Part shown: one piece after another, positions 25,459 through 35,243 of the stretch
Layout: each line of letters starts with the position of its first letter
How positions within the stretch are numbered: the stretch's first letter is position 1
From: a virus
Lineage: Duplodnaviria; Caudoviricetes
Direction: 5' to 3' (one strand)
Virus record (IMG/VR): IMGVR_UViG_3300017938_000011
Location: 1 to 55,726 of that record
DNA: 55,726 bases
The notes under the pieces: generated by a model
What the model was told of the DNA's origin: nothing
Database searches by the model: none
What the model saw: only the letters and a program-made list of their open reading frames with translations
Position numbers and translations under genes: made by a program

Positions 25459-26252
25459 ATGCTTCCGCCGGATGTCGCGGGCGAGACTGCCGCCGTTGCT
25501 GGGACCGATTTGCCAGGGGTTCCCCAGGCGGCGGCCAATTTGGCGACGGTCATCGGACCGATCACCGTGGAATTGTCGCACAATGTCGTGATGCCGGGGA
25601 TGCGGTGCGGGCCGGGTCCATATGTGTCGCCATCGTCCTGATGCAGAATCGGGTAGCCGACCGCCTGCCAAGGTCGCGGCAACTCCTTCGGATTGAACGG
25701 CCCATATTGGCAGAACCATAGCGCGCGCGCGGCGAAGGCTTCCAGCATTGCGTCGGGGATGTTCGCGAACGAGAGTTGCTCGCGTGGCACATTGCCACCG
25801 TAGACCCAGCACGGGCGACCGATGGCGTCCTCAACGGTCTTGCAGAAGGCGTCGGCGCAGGCCGCGGGCGGCGAGTAACTCTTGCCGACGGTTTCCCAAT
25901 CGGCGAACGGCTCGTCGCCAGGCTCGAGCGCAGCGGTGGTGATGAAATGCTTGGCCTCCTGAATCGCTGACGCCTCGCTGGCACCGTGTAGAAATTGATA
26001 TGCACCCCATTTACGCGCGACGGTGATCGTCGTGCCGTCGACGTCGACCAGCGTCACCGCGCCGCCGGCCATCCACTTCGCCCGACGCGCGGCGTAGCGC
26101 GAATCGGTCTCGGTCAAACCTTCGCTGGCCTTATGGATCAGGAACGGGATGCCATCGCCAGCAACAAGATCGAGGCCGGCGAGCGGCGTCGGGTCATCGC
26201 TGACGGCGTCGCCTTGATAGAGATCGATGCAATAGGGCTTGTTCACCATCAT
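25431..26252 (-). CDS. GH25 muramidase endolysin
   Basis: IDLYQG, KASEG, GAYQF, DWE, LWFCQY. Confidence 0.85.
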   Translation of the reverse strand: MMVNKPYCIDLYQGDAVSDDPTPLAGLDLVAGDGIPFLIHKASEGLTETDSRYAARRAKWMAGGAVTLVDVDGTTITVARKWGAYQFLHGASEASAIQEAKHFITTAALEPGDEPFADWETVGKSYSPPAACADAFCKTVEDAIGRPCWVYGGNVPREQLSFANIPDAMLEAFAARALWFCQYGPFNPKELPRPWQAVGYPILHQDDGDTYGPGPHRIPGITTLCDNSTVIGPMTVAKLAAAWGTPGKSVPATAAVSPATSGGSIWQRLFARL

Positions 26253-26254
26253 TC

Positions 26255-26803
26255 TTACTCCAGGATTGGCGCGAGCGGCGGAATCAGATTGCCGGGGACG
26301 TGGTTCTCGCGTGGTTTGAGCGCCGACTTTTTGATGCGGAACAATTTCGGAATCTCTCGCTCGCTGTCAAGCAGTTCCTGGACTCGATCATTGAGCGCCT
26401 TCTGCGCGTCGGCATTATCCGGCGTGAGCGGGCCACCGTTCTTGCTCTCCGCCTCGGCGACGATGCTCTTGCGGACCTTCTCCGCAGTGTCGAGGAACTT
26501 TTGCAAGATCTGAATGTCGTCGACCATCGCCCAAGTCGTGTCGTCGTCGAAGGCGTAAGGTATCTGAACCGTTCTCTGATTCGATCCTTGGCCGATGATC
26601 TCGTCATGCGTTCCGGTTAGATGATCAAGCGCGTTGCGAAGATCCATCGCCTTGCGGACTTGGATCGTTTCTGTTGGTCCGGATGGCGGTTTGTCGGAGA
26701 TCTGAGCGGCGGTGACGATAGAAGCGGATAGCGCGAATGCAGTGAAGGCTGCGATGAAACGTTTCATGGGAACCCTATTAAGAGATTGTGGAGAAACGAT
26801 CAT
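26255..26803 (-). CDS. Hypothetical protein with signal-peptide-like N-terminus
   Basis: MKRFIAAFTAFALSAS...; start 26803 or 26767. Confidence 0.65.
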   Translation of the reverse strand: MIVSPQSLNRVPMKRFIAAFTAFALSASIVTAAQISDKPPSGPTETIQVRKAMDLRNALDHLTGTHDEIIGQGSNQRTVQIPYAFDDDTTWAMVDDIQILQKFLDTAEKVRKSIVAEAESKNGGPLTPDNADAQKALNDRVQELLDSEREIPKLFRIKKSALKPRENHVPGNLIPPLAPILE

Positions 26804-27042
26804 TGGATCTTTCCTTGATTTGGAGTGCAGCTGACCTTGATGACCTCGCCGGGCCGCAGCGCATAGTTGAACGCCCGCACGAGATAGTTCTCGACCCCGC
26901 CATGCTGCGCATTGGTTTCTTGCTGATATAACAGACACGCCCGCAGCGTGATCCGCGTCTGCGTGAACGTGTGCAGCGCGTTTCCGGCCACACAGTTCGC
27001 CAGCGAAGCACAGATCAGCACCGTCATCGTCGCCATGTCCAT
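26800..27042 (-). CDS. Small hypothetical protein
   Basis: AGGAG RBS; Cys-containing. Confidence 0.55.
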   Translation of the reverse strand: MDMATMTVLICASLANCVAGNALHTFTQTRITLRACLLYQQETNAQHGGVENYLVRAFNYALRPGEVIKVSCTPNQGKIQ

Positions 27043-27055
27043 GTTGCTCGTTCTC

Positions 27056-29650
27056 CTAGCACGCAGTATTCGACGAAGCATTGGAGCCGATGTTGCCGTT
27101 GCACCGGCTGATCACGGCGCCGATGCTGTCGTTGTTGGTGTTAGATGTTATCAGATTGCCGTTGATGGCGATTGAGCCTAAGCCAGACGTTCCAATGCCG
27201 TAAGCGTTAGCGACGATTGTGCTACCCGAGATGACATAATTGCCGCCGCTGTCCGTCAGGCTTATTCCTGTACTAGAGTTGCTGGCAACGTGGGCGCCGA
27301 CGAACTTTGAATACGATCCGCCGGCTCCAGCACTGCCGGATTGTGTAGGGATACTAAATCCATTGCCTGTATTACCTGCCGACCAGCAACCAACACACTC
27401 CAAAAGGGCCATAGAATTGGTGCCGACGACCACTCCACCAGACGTGTTGCTATCAACATCGCTATTCGTGTTCATAAAGATTTCGCGGTTAGCAATCCCG
27501 CCAAGTGACGTTTCAATGGTTATTCCGTATGCGTTCAGAATTGAGCCAGCGGCAATACGGACGCCGCCCATACCGCCGCCGATTATAATCCCGCTATAAG
27601 CGCATCCCAAAATGATGCTGGCAGGATCAATATAAAATTCGGCGTTAGGAGCCGAGCTGTAGACGACAATCCCATTTCCGAGACAGTTATTGACATGCCA
27701 ATTACGAAGGCTGATTTCGCCAAGGCCGGCGCTGGAATTACCCGAAAACTGCGCGCCGCTCCAGATGTTGCTGTCCATCCAGATATTGCTAGACGTGAAA
27801 GGGCTGACACCTTGAGCAGTTAACATGTTGCCGCCGGTCGGCGTCCCGGAGTGAGTAAACCTCATATTATTTAATTGAAAATTTGTTATTGTATTTGTGC
27901 CATCGCCAATGCTCAGAATGCAATTGGTCGCTCCGGTCGCCTGCATATTGGTGCTGTATCCGCCACCATCAATCATGCCACCTGTGACCGCGCCAGTGAT
28001 CGTCGCGCAAGTGCCGATCGAATAGGTTCCCGCAGGCACGTGGCACCGCCCCCCAGCTGCAGCGGTATTGACGCAATCTTGCCAAGCCGTCGAACAATCG
28101 TGCCCAGACGTACCGCAGCCAGGGTCATGCACCTGCGGCGTATCGTATTGCGACTTGCCGCCGATTGAGAGAGTTCCAACCGCGAGATTGAGATTAGCAA
28201 TGTCGAATGTGCCATAAGTCGAAGTGCTGTAATTATACTCCTGGGCGTAACCAATGCCGTTGATGGAATCTATGTTCAAATAAGTGCCGCTATTCGGACT
28301 TGTAGGCAAGCTCACAGTATCGGCAATAAGAAACTCGCCGCTGCCGATGCCAACATAGCCGGAATTGTTGCTGGTGATGTTGACGCCACTGTAACTCCAC
28401 GGCGTGTTGATCGCACCACCACTCACCGAGAATCCGGTGCCGAGCGAGACTTGACTCAACGTGCCACTGTTGTTGGAGAGCAAATCGCCCGATGTGCCGC
28501 CGCCGATCGAGGTCACGCCGATCGTGATGCTTGATGCGGCCGCTCCGATCACCGTCAGCTTGCCGCTGACGACGACGATCGTCGAGTTGTCGGGATAGCC
28601 GCACCCGATCTGCGACGCCGTCATTGTTGTGCAGGAAATCACGCCGGTCGATATTGTCAGCGTCGAGCCGTCACCTTGTACGATGCCTTGCGCGGCCGAA
28701 GTGGCGATGGGGAGATATGCGGCACCGACCGTGCCGGAATTGATCTCGGAACCCGCGATCGACTTATTGGTCAGAGATTGCGTGTCGGTCGTGCCGACCA
28801 AAAGGCCGCTTGCCGGAAAAGTTTCGGCCTGCCCGCCGATCTCGAACGTGCCGGTAAAGTTCGCCGTGCCCGACACGGTTTCCCCGGCGATGGTAGGTGC
28901 GGTGGCAAGCACGACACTGCCGCTGCCGGTGACCGCGATCTGCGTCAGGCTCGGCCCGCTTCCCACGGCAAGAATATCGCCGGGCGTGCCGTTGATGACG
29001 CCGGTCGGAGAGCCGCCGCCGACGGTGACATTCGCCGCCGTCGCCGTAATCGAGCAACCGGGAGATGCGACGCCGAGCGTGCACGGCACGCCATTCACGT
29101 AAACGTAATCGAAGGCGAGGTCGGTGTTCGTAATGAGACCGGCCGCCGAGACAGAGCCAGTGAAGGTCGGGTTGGCGATCGTCGATCCGGAAGAAAGCAC
29201 CATCGCCCCGGTGCCGGTGACCGAGTTCGACAGCGTTACGCCGCCGTAAGTAATCGCGGCGGAAAAAGTTGCACCGTCGGAAAAAGTTTGTGGTGCTAAC
29301 CAACTATTCGCGTGCGACAGGTTGATGCCGAGATTGTTGCTACCGTCGACGGTGAGGCTGCTGTTGATGTTGAGCGAGAGTGTCCCGGCGCTGTAGTTGA
29401 GCGGCGCGTCCGTCGCCGTGACCGATTGAACCAGCGAGTTGTTGAGATAGTAACCGTCGCTCGCATTGAACGTGCCGGCGCCGGTGTTGTTCAATGATGA
29501 TGTTCCGGCGTTCACGCTGCCGTTCGGGTAGTAGATCAACGGCCCGTTCTGAACCCAAGGCTGCGTCGGTCCCGGTCCCGGCTGCGCCGAGGCGGCGGTT
29601 GCGAGCAGAGAAAAGATCAGCGCGAGGATCGTTCTCATCCGATTCACCAA
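27056..29650 (-). CDS. Tail fibre/spike with C-terminal beta-helix (pectin-lyase-like)
   Basis: G/S/T-rich shaft; DCSTAWQDCVN...VPAGTY and Asn-ladder repeats. Confidence 0.75.
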   Translation of the reverse strand: MVNRMRTILALIFSLLATAASAQPGPGPTQPWVQNGPLIYYPNGSVNAGTSSLNNTGAGTFNASDGYYLNNSLVQSVTATDAPLNYSAGTLSLNINSSLTVDGSNNLGINLSHANSWLAPQTFSDGATFSAAITYGGVTLSNSVTGTGAMVLSSGSTIANPTFTGSVSAAGLITNTDLAFDYVYVNGVPCTLGVASPGCSITATAANVTVGGGSPTGVINGTPGDILAVGSGPSLTQIAVTGSGSVVLATAPTIAGETVSGTANFTGTFEIGGQAETFPASGLLVGTTDTQSLTNKSIAGSEINSGTVGAAYLPIATSAAQGIVQGDGSTLTISTGVISCTTMTASQIGCGYPDNSTIVVVSGKLTVIGAAASSITIGVTSIGGGTSGDLLSNNSGTLSQVSLGTGFSVSGGAINTPWSYSGVNITSNNSGYVGIGSGEFLIADTVSLPTSPNSGTYLNIDSINGIGYAQEYNYSTSTYGTFDIANLNLAVGTLSIGGKSQYDTPQVHDPGCGTSGHDCSTAWQDCVNTAAAGGRCHVPAGTYSIGTCATITGAVTGGMIDGGGYSTNMQATGATNCILSIGDGTNTITNFQLNNMRFTHSGTPTGGNMLTAQGVSPFTSSNIWMDSNIWSGAQFSGNSSAGLGEISLRNWHVNNCLGNGIVVYSSAPNAEFYIDPASIILGCAYSGIIIGGGMGGVRIAAGSILNAYGITIETSLGGIANREIFMNTNSDVDSNTSGGVVVGTNSMALLECVGCWSAGNTGNGFSIPTQSGSAGAGGSYSKFVGAHVASNSSTGISLTDSGGNYVISGSTIVANAYGIGTSGLGSIAINGNLITSNTNNDSIGAVISRCNGNIGSNASSNTAC

Positions 29651-29934
29651 TAGATCGCAGAAAAGCCATGCCCACTAGACGCGGCATTGCATGTAGTTGC
29701 GGTCGTCTGGCCAGGAATGACGGTCCAAGTCTGCCCCGGCGCGAGACCGAACGTAGTCCCGCCAGCGGCGAGTTCCGCCTCGGTGACTGGGCTCACGAAT
29801 AGCATCTCCGTCGCCGTGGCCGGATTGGTGATGAATCCGCCGTTCGGATTGGCGGGAATCACTTCAACGGGATTGCCTCCCGTCGCGATCTGGGAGACGA
29901 GACCGGGACCTGGGGTGACGGGAGTCACTGTCAT
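29644..29934 (-). CDS. Small tail-associated beta protein
   Basis: Paralogous to the N-terminus of 31629-32726. Confidence 0.7.
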   Translation of the reverse strand: MTVTPVTPGPGLVSQIATGGNPVEVIPANPNGGFITNPATATEMLFVSPVTEAELAAGGTTFGLAPGQTWTVIPGQTTATTCNAASSGHGFSAIYW

Positions 29935-29935
29935 A

Positions 29936-30967
29936 TCAGTACTTCACGAGCATGATGACGGTGGAGGTCGGTTGGACCGTGGGCACGGCAATCTGAGTGA
30001 CGCCGCCGTTGATAGAGTTCGTCGTTATCGAGCCAGAATCCTGTGACCACGTTGGTTCCGTCGAGAGTGCCTGGTTTCCCGATGGTGCGTTCGCGCCAGG
30101 ACCGGCGTTCCAGGGTTGACCACCGAACGCGCCGCCTTGACCAATGCCGACTGCGCCGTCCGAGTTGTGGCCCGTTATGGTGGCGGAACCGCCGAGAGTG
30201 ACATTCGGGAGAGAACTCTGCGCCAGCGTGCGGTTCTGCGCGCCGCAGTTCACCCCCGGCCCCGTCGCGGCGCAGCCGCTCCCAGAGTTCGTCAAGATAT
30301 TCGCCGTCACGCCGCCTTGGGTGTCCGCAGCGACCGAGGCGCGACCATTGGCGAACTTGATGTGGAATTGCCCGCCAGGACAAGCGCCGCCGGTCGATCC
30401 CGGCGAATAGAGGTCCGTGCTGCCGTAACTCGCGTACAGCGCGGGATAGGTAGTTTGAGACATACAGATGCCGTTCTCGACGAGATAGCCAGACGGGAGG
30501 GCGGCGGCTGCCCCACTGAACAGTTTTTCCGTTCCTACCGGATCTGTGCCGGTCGCCGGATTTGTCTGTGTGAACTGCGTGCCATCCCAGATGATCTCGG
30601 CGCGGACCCCAGAACCGAAGTCGCCGCCAGCGATCGGGACCAACGCGCCGCCCGATACTCGATAGACAGTCTGCGTCGTCAGAACATTCGAGAAGCCGTT
30701 GTAAATCGTGACCGTCGTTGCGCCGGCGGAATTGGAAGAAGCCGGCAGAAAGCGGAGAGGTACGCCGAGTAGATCACTTGATGATGTGACGTTGGGAATC
30801 GTCAAAATCACCGCGTTCGACGTGCCGCCGACGTTTGCGCTGGTGACCCAAGTCTGGACCGCGTCAAGCTGCGCGCGCGCCTTGCCGACGTATTGCGAGA
30901 GAAATGATCCGGCGGCGACCGCAGCGAGAAGTGCAACACCAATGAAAAATTTTCCGTTTAGCCTCAT
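29936..30967 (-). CDS. Tail fibre protein with tail-collar-like domain
   Basis: PVG...LPSGYLVENG...SQTTYPALY; C-terminal VQPTSTVIMLVKY. Confidence 0.75.
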   Translation of the reverse strand: MRLNGKFFIGVALLAAVAAGSFLSQYVGKARAQLDAVQTWVTSANVGGTSNAVILTIPNVTSSSDLLGVPLRFLPASSNSAGATTVTIYNGFSNVLTTQTVYRVSGGALVPIAGGDFGSGVRAEIIWDGTQFTQTNPATGTDPVGTEKLFSGAAAALPSGYLVENGICMSQTTYPALYASYGSTDLYSPGSTGGACPGGQFHIKFANGRASVAADTQGGVTANILTNSGSGCAATGPGVNCGAQNRTLAQSSLPNVTLGGSATITGHNSDGAVGIGQGGAFGGQPWNAGPGANAPSGNQALSTEPTWSQDSGSITTNSINGGVTQIAVPTVQPTSTVIMLVKY

Positions 30968-31608
30968 AATTTGACGCTCCAGATGTTGTTGCCGTAGTAG
31001 ACGAAGCGTGCGCATTGCCGATTGTAATTGAGCACGACGGCGGCCTCGCCAGCGATAGTCTGTCCGGCCGGCGCGTTCACCGTCACTGGATAAGTCGAGA
31101 AGTTCCCCGCCAAGTCCTCGATGCCGTATTCCTGTCCATCTTCCGCGTTCGGCGGCAGCGTCGTCGAGGAAGCCGCAACCGAAACCGTCCTGTTCAAGCC
31201 GACATGCCCGTTCGCATCCGCAGTCGTCATCGCGAAGACGCCGCTCGCCGTCACGATCCTCGACGGATAGAGCGTCGAGACTTGAAGCATCGCCTCCATC
31301 TGTCCGGCGGTAAGTAAGTTAGCGGCGAGATCGCCTGCAAGCCACGCCTGCGCCGTCGTGCCTTCCTGGCCGCGGAGGAGCGGAAGCGAAACCGAGCCAA
31401 ATGTGTCACCGGAAACCGTCTGAACGTAGATGATTTCCGTCAGCAGCCCGGTCGCGGCGTCGTTCATCGTCAGCGAGAACTGCTGATTCGAACTCGGAAC
31501 GGGAAAGAGCGCGCCGGTGCCGGACGCCAGCGTCAGCGTCGTCGCCGTGCTCGAGATCGGGGCGGCCAGTGTCGAGCTGGCGTCATTGCTGAAGATAAAC
31601 ACGGCCAT
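30964..31608 (-). CDS. Tail fibre base protein
   Basis: FSNDASSTLAAPI...GALFP...RGQEGTTAQAW motif. Confidence 0.7.
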   Translation of the reverse strand: MAVFIFSNDASSTLAAPISSTATTLTLASGTGALFPVPSSNQQFSLTMNDAATGLLTEIIYVQTVSGDTFGSVSLPLLRGQEGTTAQAWLAGDLAANLLTAGQMEAMLQVSTLYPSRIVTASGVFAMTTADANGHVGLNRTVSVAASSTTLPPNAEDGQEYGIEDLAGNFSTYPVTVNAPAGQTIAGEAAVVLNYNRQCARFVYYGNNIWSVKL

Positions 31609-31628
31609 CTATCAGTCCCTCTCCCGGA

Positions 31629-32726
31629 TCAGATGCTTATCACGACCTGATTCTGAAATGGCAGGATCAGCACGCCCGATTCGACCGCTTCAGCCAGAAC
31701 ATTAGCATACATCGGTGGACTCGATCCGCTGGAGAATATCGTCCGCAGCGCGTTGAACGGCATCCTGTTGTAGCCGAAACGGTTGTAGAGCGCACCCCCA
31801 GTGATGGTCCGCGTTCCGTAAGAAAGCCGGACGGCAATGATCCCTGGTCCGTAAGTGACGCTGATCTGGTAGGTCTGATCGACGTTCGGCGCCATTCCAT
31901 TAGGCCCGATCAGGAACCGCATGATCCGCCGCTTCAGCCAGCGAACATTGAAGACATTGCCGTCGCCCTTGTAGAAGTTCCAGGTCATGATCCGCTTGAA
32001 GACGTCGTCGGACGTGACCGTGATGTTCCTGGGCCCGACGAGCTTCCGGACGTTGAATCCTAGTTTATTGTAGCCCCAGGTATTCAGCGGGCCGATATCG
32101 AGGTTCTTCCCGGAGGAGAGCGCGGGGCGCGTCATCCCGTAGATGCCTTCCGCCACCCAATCGAGCAGCGCGCCGACGATCAATGGATTCGTGTAAACCG
32201 GCAGCATGATCGTGGCGAAGAAGGCGACGAACTCGTTGGCGATCGAATTGAACGCCGCGACGAAGGCCTGCAAATTGTCGTCGTCCGCGTATTCTTGATA
32301 GAGGTAAGAGCCCATCCAGACGGTCTCGCCAGGGGCACCGAGCGACGTCAACGTGGTCGGCCCCGGCGGTGGGAACGTCCCGACCTGTGGCACCGGCGGA
32401 TAGGGTGTCGGCGTCTGAGTGACGAAGCCGGAGAATCTATGTCCAGCCGTCGCCGCGTTGACGCTGATGCTTGTCGTCTGATCCGGCGTGAAGAAGTAGG
32501 ATGCGCCGGGCTGGATCGCGATCGTCGTCTCCGTGACCGCAAGTCCTGCGGGAGCGCCGGTCGGGTCGACGTAGATGACTTCCGCCGTCCCGATTCCTTG
32601 CTGTTCCGTCGATGCCGGATTCGTGATGATGCCGCCAAGGAACGGTCCATAGGCAACCGTGACCGCCCTGCCGCCGACGGCAATAGCCGAATTTGCAAGC
32701 GGATAAAGCGATATGGGCGCCGTCAT
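31629..32726 (-). CDS. Baseplate wedge protein (DUF2612-like)
   Basis: YLYQEYADDDNLQAFV, LLDWVAEGIYG, DDVFKRIMTW; follows J-like gene. Confidence 0.75.
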   Translation of the reverse strand: MTAPISLYPLANSAIAVGGRAVTVAYGPFLGGIITNPASTEQQGIGTAEVIYVDPTGAPAGLAVTETTIAIQPGASYFFTPDQTTSISVNAATAGHRFSGFVTQTPTPYPPVPQVGTFPPPGPTTLTSLGAPGETVWMGSYLYQEYADDDNLQAFVAAFNSIANEFVAFFATIMLPVYTNPLIVGALLDWVAEGIYGMTRPALSSGKNLDIGPLNTWGYNKLGFNVRKLVGPRNITVTSDDVFKRIMTWNFYKGDGNVFNVRWLKRRIMRFLIGPNGMAPNVDQTYQISVTYGPGIIAVRLSYGTRTITGGALYNRFGYNRMPFNALRTIFSSGSSPPMYANVLAEAVESGVLILPFQNQVVISI

Positions 32727-32730
32727 CGGT

Positions 32731-34185
32731 TCATCCCTGAACGAAAGTTATTCCAGCGACCGTGGCCTCGAAATACGATTCCGGGTCCCCGAAATAGAGC
32801 TTCGTCCCGCTCTGCGGCGGCGTCGACACGCCGTTGATCGAGACCGCGTAGGTCAGGACCGAGATCTGCGATTCCAGAAGCACGCTGGCGACCGCTTCGA
32901 TGAATGCGTCGTCGAGCTCCAGCGCATTGATCGGCTGTCCGACCGGAATCGAGTTGACGTAGGCCGCGATCGCCGGGCCGGCGAGTTGCTCGATCGCGCT
33001 CTGGGAGACGAAGTTCGGCCCGGTCGTGTTCCAGGTCACCGCGATGGTCACGGTTTGTTGCGGCGGATTGACGAACGTGATCGCGTACTGATCTGGGTAA
33101 TCGTAGATGCTGACGGTGACGTTCCGTAGGTTCGGCGACAGCACGCCGCCGCTGACGTAGGCCGGGAAGCCGGTCGTGTTGACGTTGATGGTGAAGTTCT
33201 TCTCGTCAATGATCGTTTCGACGGTGAAGAGGATGCCGTTGAGATTAGTCATCCCGACGATGCCGGTCGCCGTCGCCTGCTGTCCGGCGCTATAGCCGTG
33301 ATTGATGTCGGTCGTGATCTGCGCGCTCACGGCTTGGGTGACGGCGGTGATCGCGAGCGTCGATCCGGTGACTCCCTGAATGTTGATCCCGGAATCGCAG
33401 ATTGCGTTCGCTACTTCGTAAGGATCGCCGCCGCCGACGATGATCTCCCAGTTCCCGTTTTCCGCTTGAACGACGGAGATCAATCGCTGCTGGACGCCGG
33501 GGACTTGGCCCAGCAGCGTCTTCAATTGCTGCGGCGCCCCGGTGGATATGGCTTGCCCGGCCTGAACGACGCGCGCGCGGTACTGCGCCTGCGTCTCCGC
33601 AGGGCCGCCGGAAGTCCCCGGCGTCGGATTCGTGCAAGTGAGCGTGATGGTCCCTGGAACGGAAGTCACGATCTGCGAGACGGAGTTCGTCGGCACCGCC
33701 CAGGTGCCGGGGATCGTCGCTTGGCAGAAGATCGGCGAGGAATAGCCGCTCGACGTCGTGACGCCGCCGTTCTGGATGATGTACTGGTACGTTCCGTCGG
33801 AAACCGTGAATCCGACCGGGATGACATAGCCCGGCAATGGGTTTGAGCTGGCGTCCTCCGCGTAGAAGACGACGTAGACCGACGTGTTCGTCGGCACCGC
33901 CGGCGCAGAGCCCGGCCCGAGATAAACCTGCCCAAGTTGGGACAACATGAACGGGTTCGCGGTCGATGGTGAGATCGAGTTGATCGTCTCGACCGCCGCA
34001 GTGTCGCACATCACCAGTGCGCCGACTTCGGTGGACGAGATGTCCTCGATCAAACTCGCTGGCAACGTGAAAGTTATCCCGGGAACGACGGCCGTGACCG
34101 AAGCGATGAGGTCCGCGAGCAGCGCCGCCGGCGGCGTCGGCTGCGCGCCAGATGGGCCTATCGTGAAGTCGTAGATGTTCGACAT
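32731..34185 (-). CDS. Baseplate J-like protein
   Basis: LPASLIEDISST, ETQAQYRARV, VGGGDPYEVANAI. Confidence 0.85.
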   Translation of the reverse strand: MSNIYDFTIGPSGAQPTPPAALLADLIASVTAVVPGITFTLPASLIEDISSTEVGALVMCDTAAVETINSISPSTANPFMLSQLGQVYLGPGSAPAVPTNTSVYVVFYAEDASSNPLPGYVIPVGFTVSDGTYQYIIQNGGVTTSSGYSSPIFCQATIPGTWAVPTNSVSQIVTSVPGTITLTCTNPTPGTSGGPAETQAQYRARVVQAGQAISTGAPQQLKTLLGQVPGVQQRLISVVQAENGNWEIIVGGGDPYEVANAICDSGINIQGVTGSTLAITAVTQAVSAQITTDINHGYSAGQQATATGIVGMTNLNGILFTVETIIDEKNFTINVNTTGFPAYVSGGVLSPNLRNVTVSIYDYPDQYAITFVNPPQQTVTIAVTWNTTGPNFVSQSAIEQLAGPAIAAYVNSIPVGQPINALELDDAFIEAVASVLLESQISVLTYAVSINGVSTPPQSGTKLYFGDPESYFEATVAGITFVQG

Positions 34186-34192
34186 CGCGCTC

Positions 34193-34576
34193 TCATTCCG
34201 GAATTTGTTGCGTGATTTTTACACCAGTGTTCGTTGTAACATTTATCTGATAGGTCGGCTTCGTCGCCCCAGGCACGCGCGAGACGATCAACGCAGCGAA
34301 GTATTGCGCGAACAGTTGTTGCGTCCGCGCGACGTAGTAATCGGGCCAGACCTGTTGGATGACGGACTGTTCGGCGGGTAAGCCGAAAGAAGCATAAAAA
34401 GGACTTTCACCCAAATTAAGTAAAAGAACCTGACAAAGAGTCACGAGCCATACCAAGTCATTCGACCCAGTTACTGGATCGGTCTCAATGGCTTCCCAGT
34501 ACGGATACCCGGGCGGCTGCGGCTTCGCCCGCGTCCCGTCCGGATTGAGATAAAACACCCTTCCCCACGTCCTAAT
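34193..34576 (-). CDS. Baseplate wedge subunit; probable ATT start
   Basis: GGGAGG then ATT-AGG-ACG-TGG-GGA-AGG; LNLGESPFY motif. Confidence 0.7.
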   Translation of the reverse strand: MRTWGRVFYLNPDGTRAKPQPPGYPYWEAIETDPVTGSNDLVWLVTLCQVLLLNLGESPFYASFGLPAEQSVIQQVWPDYYVARTQQLFAQYFAALIVSRVPGATKPTYQINVTTNTGVKITQQIPE

Positions 34577-34593
34577 GGCGGCCTCCCGATTCC

Positions 34594-35235
34594 CTACTGC
34601 GCCGTGAGGATAGTCGTTAGCTGCGCGGAGGTCATCTGCTGAGTTGGAGGCGAGCCGTTCGAGGGATGCGTGTGATTATTGAACAGGGCCTCAAACGCGG
34701 CGGTGACCAGACGACTGACTTTCTCCGTCGCGGCAGTGCCCGCGATGACCACTCCACCGGATTCATTCAGCGTGAGGGTGACCGTCTTCGCGATGTTGCG
34801 GAGGATGGTTCCGTTCGGCCCGTAGATCACGACCGCGTTCGGATCGTCCGTCGCGCTGAAGTTCTTGTTCCCGATTGAGAGGAAGATCAGCGACGAGAGA
34901 TTCGCTTGGAGGGAAAGATCGGCGGTCCCGCCACCGAGCCCGGAAACGCCGCCGAGATAGACGTCCGACGGAATCACGACCCCCTTGTCGCCGATTTGCG
35001 TCGGCATCCGGACGTATTCCGGCCCGGCGATAGGGACCGTGACGTTCGGCAGCGTGTAGGGCGAGTTCGTCGTCGCGGCGAGCAGGAACTTGACCGTGAC
35101 GATCGAGTTGGAGACCGAGACGACCTGGGCGGGCAAGACGTTCCCAAGTAGCGCCATCGCGCCGCGAATCTTCTTCTCCGCGAATTGATTGAGCGACCGT
35201 GCGAGCGGAATCTTTTGCCAGTTTCCAGCGTCCAT
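34594..35235 (-). CDS. Baseplate spike (gpV/Gp138-like)
   Basis: PAQVV, LPNVTVP, GDKG, C-terminal HTH metal-binding motif. Confidence 0.8.
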   Translation of the reverse strand: MDAGNWQKIPLARSLNQFAEKKIRGAMALLGNVLPAQVVSVSNSIVTVKFLLAATTNSPYTLPNVTVPIAGPEYVRMPTQIGDKGVVIPSDVYLGGVSGLGGGTADLSLQANLSSLIFLSIGNKNFSATDDPNAVVIYGPNGTILRNIAKTVTLTLNESGGVVIAGTAATEKVSRLVTAAFEALFNNHTHPSNGSPPTQQMTSAQLTTILTAQ

Positions 35236-35243
35236 GATGGTTC

